Shown: positions 28,509 to 37,037 of the stretch, piece after piece
Layout: the number at the start of each line of letters is the position of its first letter
Numbering within the stretch: the stretch's first letter is position 1
DNA from: Minisyncoccota bacterium
Lineage (GTDB): Bacteria > Patescibacteriota > Minisyncoccia > Phycocordibacterales > UBA2100
Length of the DNA stretch: 64,000 nucleotides
NCBI GenBank assembly: GCA_965267345.1
Contig: OZ253947.1
Location: 202,814 to 266,813, forward strand
Direction of reading: 5' to 3'
Translations under genes and position numbers: made by a program
The notes under the pieces: generated by a model
What the model saw: the letters and a program-made list of their open reading frames with translations, nothing else
Databases searched by the model: none
Told to the model about the DNA's origin: nothing

Positions 28509-29222
28509 ATGAGTGAGACCATTATACAGCTTGATGATGTCTCCTTTGGCTATAGTAAGCGCGGTTTTATCGTAGAAGGGATTTCATTTGAGATCCCAGA
28601 GGGCTCGACGACCATGCTTATTGGTCCAAATGGTTCTGGAAAAACAACAGTGCTTAGGTTGATGGTTGGCTTGCTAAAGCCCGAAAAGGGAGTGGTGCAG
28701 GTTTTAGGGGGCACACCAAAAGCACAGCGTGCACAAATCGGGTATGTGCCGCAACGTCTTGATTTCGACAGAACATTCCCATTTACTGTTTTAGAATTTT
28801 TGCGATACTCTCATCGCGAAACTCACGCCGAAGAAATACTTGCCCTGCTGGAGAAACTCGGCGTACGCAAGCTTTCAGATGCTTTGATTGGGAATTTGTC
28901 GGGAGGTGAATTGCAGCGGGTGCTCATAGCCCGCGCGCTGTTGTCAGATCCGAAAGTCCTGTACCTCGATGAACCAATCAGTGGGATTGATGTTGGCGGC
29001 GAAAGAAATTTCTATGACCTGATCGCTGAAATTAAGCGCGAACGCAATATTACGATCGTAATGGTTTCGCATGAGCTACATGTGGTGAGCAAAATAGCAA
29101 CTCAGGTTATCTGTATCAATCGGAAAATGTGCTGCAGCGGTGAGCCAAGTACGGTACTCGTTCCAGAAGTACTGGAGGAAATGTATGGTAGAGAAGTGTC
29201 GGTGTACCACCACAACGTATGA
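28509..29222 (+). CDS. znuC: Zinc ABC transporter ATPase
   Basis: GPNGSGKTT, IGYVPQR, LSGGELQRVLIARAL, LDEP, VSHEL. Confidence 0.93.
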   Translation: MSETIIQLDDVSFGYSKRGFIVEGISFEIPEGSTTMLIGPNGSGKTTVLRLMVGLLKPEKGVVQVLGGTPKAQRAQIGYVPQRLDFDRTFPFTVLEFLRYSHRETHAEEILALLEKLGVRKLSDALIGNLSGGELQRVLIARALLSDPKVLYLDEPISGIDVGGERNFYDLIAEIKRERNITIVMVSHELHVVSKIATQVICINRKMCCSGEPSTVLVPEVLEEMYGREVSVYHHNV

Positions 29223-30034
29223 TTGATATTTTCCAGTTAGAATTTATGCAACGAGCGTTTATTGCAGGACTGGCGCTTGCACCACTGCTGTCTGTGCTTG
29301 GTGCCTTTGCGACGCTGCGAAAGATGTCCTTTTTTTCTGAAGGAGTAGCGCATGCCTCCTTGCTCGGGGTAGCGTTAGCAATCATAGCCGGTGTAGTGCC
29401 TTTTTATGGTGCACTTGTGATCGGACTAGTTCTCGGGGTAGTGATATTCATCCTAGAGCGTTATACAAAAATAGCCTCAGATGCAACTATCGGTATTATT
29501 TTTACGACCGGAATGGCGCTTGGAATCTTACTCATTTCGCTAGAGCCAGGATATCAGCCCGACCTCATTAGTTTTCTGTTCGGGAACATTCTTGCTGTGA
29601 GCTGGGGTGATGTATGGACGATAGTTGTGTTGTCGTCCGTAATACTTTTCTCTGTCTATCTGTTCTATAAACAGTTAGCATTATTGGCATTTTCTGAGGA
29701 AATTGCGTGGACGTCTGGATCAAACACCACGTCTTTGAATCTGCTTTTCTACGCCCTGCTTTCATTAGCAACAGTGCTTGGGGTGAAGCTACTGGGGATC
29801 ATCCTTGTGAGTGCCCTTTTAATTGCTCCAGCTGTTTCCTCAAGAGTTCTCACGACTTCTTTTAATTCGTATGTATTTCTCTCGGTACTATTTTCAGTTG
29901 TTTCCTTTGTCGTTGGACTTCTTTCTTCCTACTATCTCGACATACCGTCAGGGGCTTCAATTGTTCTTACTGCGACGCTCCTTTTCGGCTTAGTTCTTTT
30001 GATTAAGCCGTTCACACAACGATTGCCACACTGA
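29219..30034 (+). CDS. znuB: Zinc ABC transporter permease
   Basis: FMQRAF, HASLLGVA, FLFGNIL, GIILVSALLIAPA, PSGASIV. Confidence 0.93.
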   Translation: MIDIFQLEFMQRAFIAGLALAPLLSVLGAFATLRKMSFFSEGVAHASLLGVALAIIAGVVPFYGALVIGLVLGVVIFILERYTKIASDATIGIIFTTGMALGILLISLEPGYQPDLISFLFGNILAVSWGDVWTIVVLSSVILFSVYLFYKQLALLAFSEEIAWTSGSNTTSLNLLFYALLSLATVLGVKLLGIILVSALLIAPAVSSRVLTTSFNSYVFLSVLFSVVSFVVGLLSSYYLDIPSGASIVLTATLLFGLVLLIKPFTQRLPH

Positions 30035-30168
30035 TCAAAAAAGTACTTAAATTAAAATGAGACTGGAACTGGACTGGCTCGCGTGGAAGGACGCTTTTCG
30101 AACATACAGATGGCAGGACGTTTTTTCAGAACCTCAAAATACCATTGAGCAGATAAGCGACTTAGTTG

Positions 30169-30552
30169 CTATTGCTCAATAACGGCCTTTAGTTTTTCTA
30201 GCACCTCTTGAGTGAACGGATTTTCTAATTCTCCTTGGTCTACCCACTCAAAATACTCCATCTCAGTTTTATTATCGTTGAGCGATTTGTAGGTATATCG
30301 CACATTGTAGTTTTTATCAGATTTCTGAAGAGTGAAGATTTTGTCTTTTTCGTATTCAGTTACGTAGTAAGTATCCCAAACTCCACTTTCGTCACAGTTC
30401 CTGTATTCCGTCCCTATTTTTGTGGGGCTAGTATCTCGCTGTTCTTCAATCAGTCCATCAATCCAAAGAGGTGTGTTGTTAGGGTTGGTGGTGAATTCAA
30501 AAACTTCGGAAATTGGCCTATCTATTTTTGTTGAAACTTTGTTTTCTTTCAT
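30169..30552 (-). CDS. SRPBCC/polyketide-cyclase-like protein
   Basis: IDRPISEVFEFTTNPNNTPLW. Confidence 0.85.
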   Translation of the reverse strand: MKENKVSTKIDRPISEVFEFTTNPNNTPLWIDGLIEEQRDTSPTKIGTEYRNCDESGVWDTYYVTEYEKDKIFTLQKSDKNYNVRYTYKSLNDNKTEMEYFEWVDQGELENPFTQEVLEKLKAVIEQ

Positions 30553-31031
30553 ACATTTTTCTGATCAGCAAATCTGCCTTTTTCATGTTTTATCTCGGGA
30601 GCAAGAGGGTTTTTATTTCTTTCTTGCATTGATTGAGGAACTTGATCATAAGGGACGAGATGTACCCCTAAAGAAACAAGAGATTGTCTAATGTTCTCAA
30701 TCTTTTCTTCTTTTAGTGTAGGAACTTCAGAATAAGAGACGAGTTCGCCCTCTAACTTTTCAGGGCTTTCTTCGAAATATGAGCCATCTAGTTCATAAAG
30801 AAATCCTGCGTTGTTGAGTAAAGCTAGCTTGCCCTCCTGAAGTTTATCTACATACATTTCACCATTGTCAGAAAAAGAGACAGCTAGTTCGTCACCTGTT
30901 CCGTAGATCATGGCGATTGCGTATCTTTTGTCAGCAGTAGCAAAAACTACCCCTCTCCCATCTACTGCCTTGTGTGGAGTTGGTTTGAAGGTTTGAATGT
31001 TGCCAACCCTTGATCCATGATATACGTTCAT
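30549..31031 (-). CDS. Hypothetical protein, possible ADP-ribosyltransferase-like fold
   Basis: YHGS...VFAT...GFLYEL...GELVS pattern; start may be 31055. Confidence 0.65.
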   Translation of the reverse strand: MNVYHGSRVGNIQTFKPTPHKAVDGRGVVFATADKRYAIAMIYGTGDELAVSFSDNGEMYVDKLQEGKLALLNNAGFLYELDGSYFEESPEKLEGELVSYSEVPTLKEEKIENIRQSLVSLGVHLVPYDQVPQSMQERNKNPLAPEIKHEKGRFADQKNV

Positions 31032-31169
31032 ACTATGAATTTTATCAAAACCCATAACTCAAAGCACGTTTTCTCAAAAGTCGCAGTAATCCTTTGTTGC
31101 TATAATGTATACAGCGCACAGGTAGTAGTCGCGCTTTGTGACGCTCGTTAGAAGTAATTGATATTGCGT

Positions 31170-31385
31170 ATGGCACACATAAAAGGAAATCGTGATGGTA
31201 AGGGCGGTAGAAACGAAACCTACCAAATTGGTTCACGAAAAAAAGTTGCTCGTAAGACAGCCGTAAAAGAGGTCAAACAAGGAAAGCACCCTGACGCACA
31301 TGTCTACAAGAGAGGAAGACAGGAATATGTTCGAGACAATCCTGACTACTCGAAGAAGGACAATGTAAACAGGAAAAAGAGGTAA
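31170..31385 (+). CDS. DUF3892-like small basic protein
   Basis: AVKEVKQGKHPDAHV...EYVRDNPD..KKDNV. Confidence 0.75.
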   Translation: MAHIKGNRDGKGGRNETYQIGSRKKVARKTAVKEVKQGKHPDAHVYKRGRQEYVRDNPDYSKKDNVNRKKR

Positions 31386-31495
31386 ATGGAAAAGTTACTG
31401 GCTTAGATAGAGCTTGCTTGAAAAGAGATAAGATTGAGTTGCGGTCATTTTGAAACAGCGATCGAAAAGTAACACCTCCCAAAGAAAAGTCCCAT

Positions 31496-31684
31496 CTATT
31501 GTTGGGACTTTTCTTTTTTCTTAGCTCTTTTTCGATCAATCCACGAAGCCCCTAAAAAGAGGGTTAGGATCAACAATGGCGGAAAAAGTATCCCAATGAC
31601 CAAACTGCCCCAAAAGTTCTTTTTCAACTCTTTATCAGACATTCTCCTTGGCTTGAACCAAGAAGTTTTTTCTTCTTTATTCAT
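31496..31684 (-). CDS. 62-aa single-TM protein behind a structured leader
   Basis: MNKEEK...FWGSLVIGILFPPLLILTLFLGASWI..basic tail. Confidence 0.6.
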   Translation of the reverse strand: MNKEEKTSWFKPRRMSDKELKKNFWGSLVIGILFPPLLILTLFLGASWIDRKRAKKKEKSQQ

Positions 31685-31900
31685 ATTGTTCGCGTAGGTT
31701 TTACTTGTAATGATTGTGAGCAGGCAACAGAAAAGGCCACACAACTCACACCGATAGCTCCTTTCAGAACTACCCGACACCCTTTCGGGTGAAGACCTAC
31801 GCGAATAAGTGGCGGTTTATGTGGCCGTCTCTATTCGCGTAGGATTTATGTCACCATGCCTTCAGAAATCTGAAGGGTTAGGTTTGTAAATACATTATAT
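31685..31900 (-). promoter_or_regulatory. Structured leader or antisense-type RNA
   Basis: TATAAT, then hairpins CCTTCAGA/TCTGAAGG and CCTACGCGAATA/TATTCGCGTAGG; a second CCTACGCGAA lies 4 nt before the ATG. Confidence 0.6.
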
Positions 31901-31918
31901 CAAATCTCGCCCCCACCT

Positions 31919-33010
31919 CTAGCTCGTAGAATTCTGCTCCTGCCTTACAAAAAACTGTACGGCATGTGGGTTATGCAGATGAACTAAGTATGTTTTTACT
32001 GACCTCTTCTTTCCTCGTACAAAAATTTTTCCAGAAAATCTGTATTGCTTCTTTGTAATAAGATCTTCGTGTTCAGCATGTACAGCCCTACATACCTTGT
32101 TCATAAAACTCCAATTTTTGATTTTGGCACTACCAATTACGTAGATGTTCTCACATGCTTCATGTATTGACCCTCTAATTCTTGAGGCATGAAGTTCAAC
32201 ATCGTTACGATCTCGAGTAGCTTTTGAAGCAACAATTTTTATCGTACATCGTGTATATTTTCCCCTGAATGTCTCTTCTACTGATGTGTCTCCAACTTCT
32301 CTCTGAGAAAAGTTTTCGAGAAATTTGATCAGGTCATTCACTTCTACTATGATCTCTTGGTTTGGCTTTTCAAGAAAAACCTTAGAACCTAATGTTGAAA
32401 GCTCCTGTACTAAAATTGGGAAAAACACACCCAATTCTTGTATTTTTTCAAATTGCTTGATGAGTAATCTCAGATCGTCATCTTGGGTAAGGTTAGGAAC
32501 AATATAGTCGTTCATAAATTGTTCGAGCGCTGAAGGGTATTCGTCTTTCAGGATTTGTTGTGTTGCGTAAAGATCCAAAGATTTCTTTTGTTTCTTTGAA
32601 AGATGTCTCTTCGATCTGTTTAGTAAAGTTTCAGAGGTGAAAATATAGGTAGCATGTACGAAATTCTTTGTTTTATGTTTTCTGTCACGCATAACGACTA
32701 TGACTTCATCCTCATCCCACACCAAACCCTCGTCTTCCTCATTTCCAATCCAGTGTACTTTTACTCTTGGGAAAGATGTAGTAGTGTTTGTCTCGACAGA
32801 TCTAACAAATGAATTTACCCGACCTTCAATGTCATTCTTTATTGCAAGGTATTCTGCTTTCTTCCAAAATAAACTGACAAATTCCCAGAACATTGCTAAC
32901 CACTTTTTTACTTTGTCAGGATTTTTGAAAATGACATAGACAACAATAAGGGTCAGTACTACCCCCGCGGAAAAACTAGATAAAAGTTGTACAATACCTT
33001 GTTCAATCAT
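31919..33010 (-). CDS. Hypothetical protein with N-terminal TM anchor
   Basis: 363-aa ORF, 4-bp ATGA-type overlap with the upstream gene. Confidence 0.85.
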   Translation of the reverse strand: MIEQGIVQLLSSFSAGVVLTLIVVYVIFKNPDKVKKWLAMFWEFVSLFWKKAEYLAIKNDIEGRVNSFVRSVETNTTTSFPRVKVHWIGNEEDEGLVWDEDEVIVVMRDRKHKTKNFVHATYIFTSETLLNRSKRHLSKKQKKSLDLYATQQILKDEYPSALEQFMNDYIVPNLTQDDDLRLLIKQFEKIQELGVFFPILVQELSTLGSKVFLEKPNQEIIVEVNDLIKFLENFSQREVGDTSVEETFRGKYTRCTIKIVASKATRDRNDVELHASRIRGSIHEACENIYVIGSAKIKNWSFMNKVCRAVHAEHEDLITKKQYRFSGKIFVRGKKRSVKTYLVHLHNPHAVQFFVRQEQNSTS

Positions 33011-33258
33011 AGCTTTTTCTTTCTTTCATCAAGGTATTCTGTTAGTGAAGTGATACACTCGGGATCATCACAAATCATATTTATTGCCCCAGATTGAGGC
33101 AAAATTGAGTACAAATTTTCATTCGTTATTTGTTTGCCACAGAACTTACAATTTTTCTTGCCAGAGTCAAAATCCTCTTTTGCCCCCATTTTGCCAAGAA
33201 GTGTATCTAGGTCTCTTTCGTGTACAGTGTTCAATTTTCTTTTATCGGTTTCGTCCAT
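33007..33258 (-). CDS. Small zinc-finger-like protein
   Basis: VHERDL...CKFCG...ICDDPEC; start at MDETD (or 33270). Confidence 0.8.
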   Translation of the reverse strand: MDETDKRKLNTVHERDLDTLLGKMGAKEDFDSGKKNCKFCGKQITNENLYSILPQSGAINMICDDPECITSLTEYLDERKKKL

Positions 33259-33597
33259 AAAGTTTTCCACACCTTTCTGTTTACAAATGTGTGTTGATAC
33301 AATCCATTATACCCCTAAAACAAAGGATTTCATACTGCTAGCAGGATACTTGTCTCACTCTATTTAGCTTTATTGTAACGTTGTTTATCTGTTATAATAG
33401 ATACACAATCGAATATGGTTTAGTTTTTGAGGGCTTTATGCCATTCCGCTGACCTATCAAATAAATCAGCGAGCAAACTTTTTTGAATTCCGAAAATTGA
33501 ACACTCAACTATCTTTGGATTTTTGGTGTTTAGCTTTCGGGATTTTCTTATTGAAGCAATCGTCCAGGTCCAAGATCTTGGTCGATTGTTTTGTTTT

Positions 33598-33783
33598 ATG
33601 GCAAGCACAGAACTTACAAAAGAGTTTCAGCAAGTCCTCTACAAAGAAATTGGGTTGGAACTTGATGATAAAGAAGCAAGCAAGATACTTTCTAATCTTG
33701 TGAGCTACTTTGATTTGCTTGCTCTATTGCACCACAGAGATCAAGTCAACGTCTCTGAAAACTCATACTCAAGAGGTAATTAG
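33598..33783 (+). CDS. Small helical hypothetical protein of the element core
   Basis: EFQQVLYKEIGLELDDKEASKILSNLVSYF; co-oriented with the recombinase. Confidence 0.6.
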   Translation: MASTELTKEFQQVLYKEIGLELDDKEASKILSNLVSYFDLLALLHHRDQVNVSENSYSRGN

Positions 33784-34006
33784 CAAGTCCTCTACAAAAA
33801 ACTGGCTAAACACCACATTGGTGTGCATATGACAGTTCCCTGCACTGAGTGACAACTTCTCAACAGGGAGACCTCATATGCACATCAATCACTGGAACTT
33901 GGTTGAAGTTTCTGGCGCGAGGGATGAAAAAGTCGAGAAACGACAAAAGAGTTATGAGAAATACATTACAAGCTAAATCCTATGAGGGATAAAGAAGTTG
34001 TTCATT

Positions 34007-34240
34007 ATGAAAAAGTATACAAAAGAAGAAAAGTTGGCTCGCAAACAACTGAGGGTCAATGCAAATAAATATAAGGATAATTTACCCAGAGAAACCGTCT
34101 TGGTGCGAATAGATAAAAATTGGCACAAGGCACTCAAGATCTATGCTGTTGAGCAAGAGATGACAATGTCTCGGATCATAGATAGTTTCTGTGAACATTA
34201 TCTGGGTACTGAGAGGTACAAAGAAGTATGCAAAAAGTAA
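34007..34240 (+). CDS. Ribbon-helix-helix-like DNA-binding protein
   Basis: TVLVRIDKNWHKALKIYAVEQEMTMSRIID. Confidence 0.7.
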   Translation: MKKYTKEEKLARKQLRVNANKYKDNLPRETVLVRIDKNWHKALKIYAVEQEMTMSRIIDSFCEHYLGTERYKEVCKK

Positions 34241-34674
34241 CTCCAAACAACACCAATAAAAAGGTTGTATCTAAGCTACGCCATGAAGACGAATTTGCTT
34301 CGTTTGTTGTTTGGGTTGCAACACCAAAAGAGCTTCGAGACCCAAAAACACAGGCAGAGTTAGCTCAGAAGTTTGGAGTTGGGCAAGACACGCTTTCTGA
34401 CTGGAAGAAAAGAGATGGGTTCTATGAAAAGGTCGCGAAAGTGAGAAAGTCGTGGGGTCGAGACAGAACTCCTGATGTCATTCATGCACTTTACAGGAAC
34501 ATTATGAAAACAGGGTCAGTGCAAGGTGTAAAGCTATGGCTTCAGTATTTTGAAGATTGGATGGAGAAAACAAACAGCTATGACCCCGCGAATGATCCGA
34601 TACGGCAGTTGTCGGATAAGGAGCTGATGGCTGAGATACGCAAAGCACAAAACTTCTTTCGTAAGAAGGACTGA
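34228..34674 (+). CDS. HTH protein (phBC6A51/terminase small subunit-like)
   Basis: PKTQAELAQKFGVGQDTLSDWKKRDGF...VIHALY...GSVQGVKLWLQY. Confidence 0.7.
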   Translation: MQKVTPNNTNKKVVSKLRHEDEFASFVVWVATPKELRDPKTQAELAQKFGVGQDTLSDWKKRDGFYEKVAKVRKSWGRDRTPDVIHALYRNIMKTGSVQGVKLWLQYFEDWMEKTNSYDPANDPIRQLSDKELMAEIRKAQNFFRKKD

Positions 34675-34707
34675 TAAATTATCAATAAATAAACTATAAT
34701 TATATTT

Positions 34708-36285
34708 ATGAAGGCCGTAGTTTATGCACGAGTATCCTCAAAACCCCAACAAGACACAGGGTATTCTTTGCCTGCACAAAGAAAACTGGCAAACGAATAT
34801 GCAGACAGGAAGAGTATCGATATCGCAAAGATTTTTTCTATCGCTGAAAGCGCTAGTGGAAAACGGGAACGACAGGTTTTTGCAGAGATGATTGAGTACA
34901 TGAAAAAACATGACATCAACAATCTTTTATGTGAAAAGGTTGACCGATTGACACGAAACCTAAAAGAGGCCGTTACAATAAATGAATGGCTTGAGCAAGA
35001 CAAAAGACGTCAAGTACATTTTGTAAAACAGAACCTAGTTATCCATCAAAATTCAAAGTCGGATGAGAAATTTCGCTGGGATATTGAAATTGTTTTGGCA
35101 AAGAAATTCATTGCCAACCTGTCAGAGGAAGTGAAGAAAGGTCAGCGTGCAAAAATTGAAGCAGGTTGGCTACCAACAAAGCCACCTTTGGGATATAAGA
35201 CCATTGGAGAAAAGGGGCACAAAATTCATGTTGTAGATGAAGATGTCGCACCTTTTATCAAAAAGATGTTTGAACTGTACGATACAGGAAACTACTCAAC
35301 TCGAGAACTAGGTAGAAAAATGTTTGAGCTAGGATTACGAAATAGGAACAGTCGTGAAGTTGGAAAAAGTAGGATTTACGATCTTCTATCTGATCCTTTC
35401 TATTATGGAGATATGAGGTGGAATGGCGAAATCTACAGAGGTAAGCAAGAACCACTGATATCAAAGGAGTTGTTTCAGTCAGTACAAAGTAAGTTGAACA
35501 GAAAAATGAGTAGCCCTTACTTCAGCAAGCACAATCCTGTGTATAAGGGAAAGATCAATTGTGGTGAGTGTGGACGAAGAGTTAGTTGGGAAAAACAGAA
35601 AGGTACTTGGTATGGAGGGTGTAAAAACTGCAAAGCGCAGTTAGGAAGCAAAAAATATATTAGGCAAGATGAGGTAGACAAAGAGATAATGCAAAAGATC
35701 CTAGAGATTGCACCCAAGAATGACAAAATACTTTCGATACTTGAACGCGCATTGAAGGAAGATCATCAAAAGGAAATTGATCTCCATAAAGCTCAAAAAA
35801 CGGAGCTAGAAAGGTCTTTGAACCAAATAGATAGAAAGATGGCTCTAATGTACGATGATCGGCTCTCAGAGCGAATTACCCCTGAAGTGTATGACACCAA
35901 CTTCAAGATACTCAAAGATCAAGAGCGTGACCTTTTGCGACAACAAAAACGTCTTCAGGAAGACAAAAGTGCTTATTATGAAGCAGGTTATTCAATACAC
36001 CTCCTTGCGTCTAAGGCAAAAGATATTTATGCAAGCAAAAAAGTCACCACCGAAGAGAGGAGATTGCTTTTGAATTACGTATTTTCGAACTTGTCCATAA
36101 AGCAAGGAAAACTAACACCAGAATACACAGAAGCATTCAAATTCATGCAGGAATGGACACCACGCCTAAATGCGAGTTTCGAACTTCAAAAAAGTGTTGT
36201 GAACAAAGGGCTAAATATCACTTTTAGCATACCTCGTCCTGTCTTGCTCCGCGGGCAGGATTCGAACCTACGACCTACCGGTTAA
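34708..36285 (+). CDS. Large serine recombinase (resolvase, recombinase and zinc-ribbon domains)
   Basis: YARVSS catalytic Ser, ESAS, EKVDRLTRN, PPLGY, CGECG..C..C, coiled coil; last codons overlap tRNA-Asn antisense. Confidence 0.96.
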   Translation: MKAVVYARVSSKPQQDTGYSLPAQRKLANEYADRKSIDIAKIFSIAESASGKRERQVFAEMIEYMKKHDINNLLCEKVDRLTRNLKEAVTINEWLEQDKRRQVHFVKQNLVIHQNSKSDEKFRWDIEIVLAKKFIANLSEEVKKGQRAKIEAGWLPTKPPLGYKTIGEKGHKIHVVDEDVAPFIKKMFELYDTGNYSTRELGRKMFELGLRNRNSREVGKSRIYDLLSDPFYYGDMRWNGEIYRGKQEPLISKELFQSVQSKLNRKMSSPYFSKHNPVYKGKINCGECGRRVSWEKQKGTWYGGCKNCKAQLGSKKYIRQDEVDKEIMQKILEIAPKNDKILSILERALKEDHQKEIDLHKAQKTELERSLNQIDRKMALMYDDRLSERITPEVYDTNFKILKDQERDLLRQQKRLQEDKSAYYEAGYSIHLLASKAKDIYASKKVTTEERRLLLNYVFSNLSIKQGKLTPEYTEAFKFMQEWTPRLNASFELQKSVVNKGLNITFSIPRPVLLRGQDSNLRPTG

Positions 36286-36318
36286 CAGCCGGTTGCTCTA
36301 CCGCTGAGCTACCGCGGA
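36247..36318 (-). tRNA. tRNA-Asn (GTT)
   Basis: TCCGCGG TAGCTCAGCGGTAGAGC A ACCGG CT GTT AA CCGGT AGGTC GTAGGTTCGAATCCTGC CCGCGGA G cloverleaf. Confidence 0.97.
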
Positions 36319-36446
36319 ATGTGTTTCGCGCGGTATGCTCAGCGAGCTGAGCCCTGCCTGCCGGCAGGTACCGCGGAATACTGTTCAAAACGAACTGTCG
36401 TATTGTACACAACGGGGGTGCATTTTCAACGTGGTATACTGCAGGT

Positions 36447-37037
36447 ATGAACACGCATATAGCAATTGGTGTGATCGGTGGTCTCGTTGTCGGCACAGTG
36501 GCCGCAGCGTGGTTCCTCGCGCCGACGCTTTTTACCGGCACTAACAGTGAATCTATGACATTGACGCTCACCACTGAGGCCTTTGCACACAATGGCTCTA
36601 TTCCGCCCGCGTACACCTGTGACGGTGACCGATCTCGGCACCCCGAGATGACCATCTCGGGTATCCCAGATGCAACGGTCTCGCTGGTACTGCTCATGGA
36701 TGACCCTGATATTCCGCAGGTCTTTAAAGAGCAGCGTGGTATTGAGGCGTTCGACCACTGGGTCCTCTTTAATATCCCGCCGACAACGTCGCGCATTACT
36801 CCCGATGCGCCTGTGGGGACGCTCGGCGTCAACAGCGCGGGTGATACGGGTTACACGGGGCCGTGCCCACCGCCTGAGTATGAGCCGACTGAGCACCGCT
36901 ACATCTTTACCCTCTACGCTCTTGATACTGAACTGGCGCTTGAGGCAGGTGCAACTAAGCACGAGGTACTCGAAGCACTACAGGGGCACGTCATTGAACA
37001 GGCAGAGCTCATCGGCCGCTATGACCGAGCAGAATAG
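36447..37037 (+). CDS. YbhB/YbcL (PEBP/Raf-kinase-inhibitor-like) protein
   Basis: YTCDG, MDDPD, FDHWVLFNIP, YTGPCPP, HRYIFTLYALD. Confidence 0.93.
   Translation: MNTHIAIGVIGGLVVGTVAAAWFLAPTLFTGTNSESMTLTLTTEAFAHNGSIPPAYTCDGDRSRHPEMTISGIPDATVSLVLLMDDPDIPQVFKEQRGIEAFDHWVLFNIPPTTSRITPDAPVGTLGVNSAGDTGYTGPCPPPEYEPTEHRYIFTLYALDTELALEAGATKHEVLEALQGHVIEQAELIGRYDRAE

Larger units (their letters stand above)
24855..36249. mobile_element. Composite genomic island (about three tandem segments) at the 3' end of tRNA-Asn
   Basis: Visibly more AT-rich than flanks; serine recombinase at the tRNA end; att-arm-like sites at about 24855, 27259 and 30077. Confidence 0.7.
30077..36249. mobile_element. About 6.2-kb serine-recombinase element integrated in tRNA-Asn
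   Basis: Shared GCTC core at 30077-30080 and 36246-36249; joined ends give a symmetric attP (CGTCCT-7-TC-7-AGGACG); the empty site restores a tRNA ending GAGCCA. Confidence 0.75.

Noticed and set aside
33598-36285. Prophage
   Set aside because: No capsid, portal, large terminase, tail or lysis genes; only a 6.2-kb integrative element is supported.
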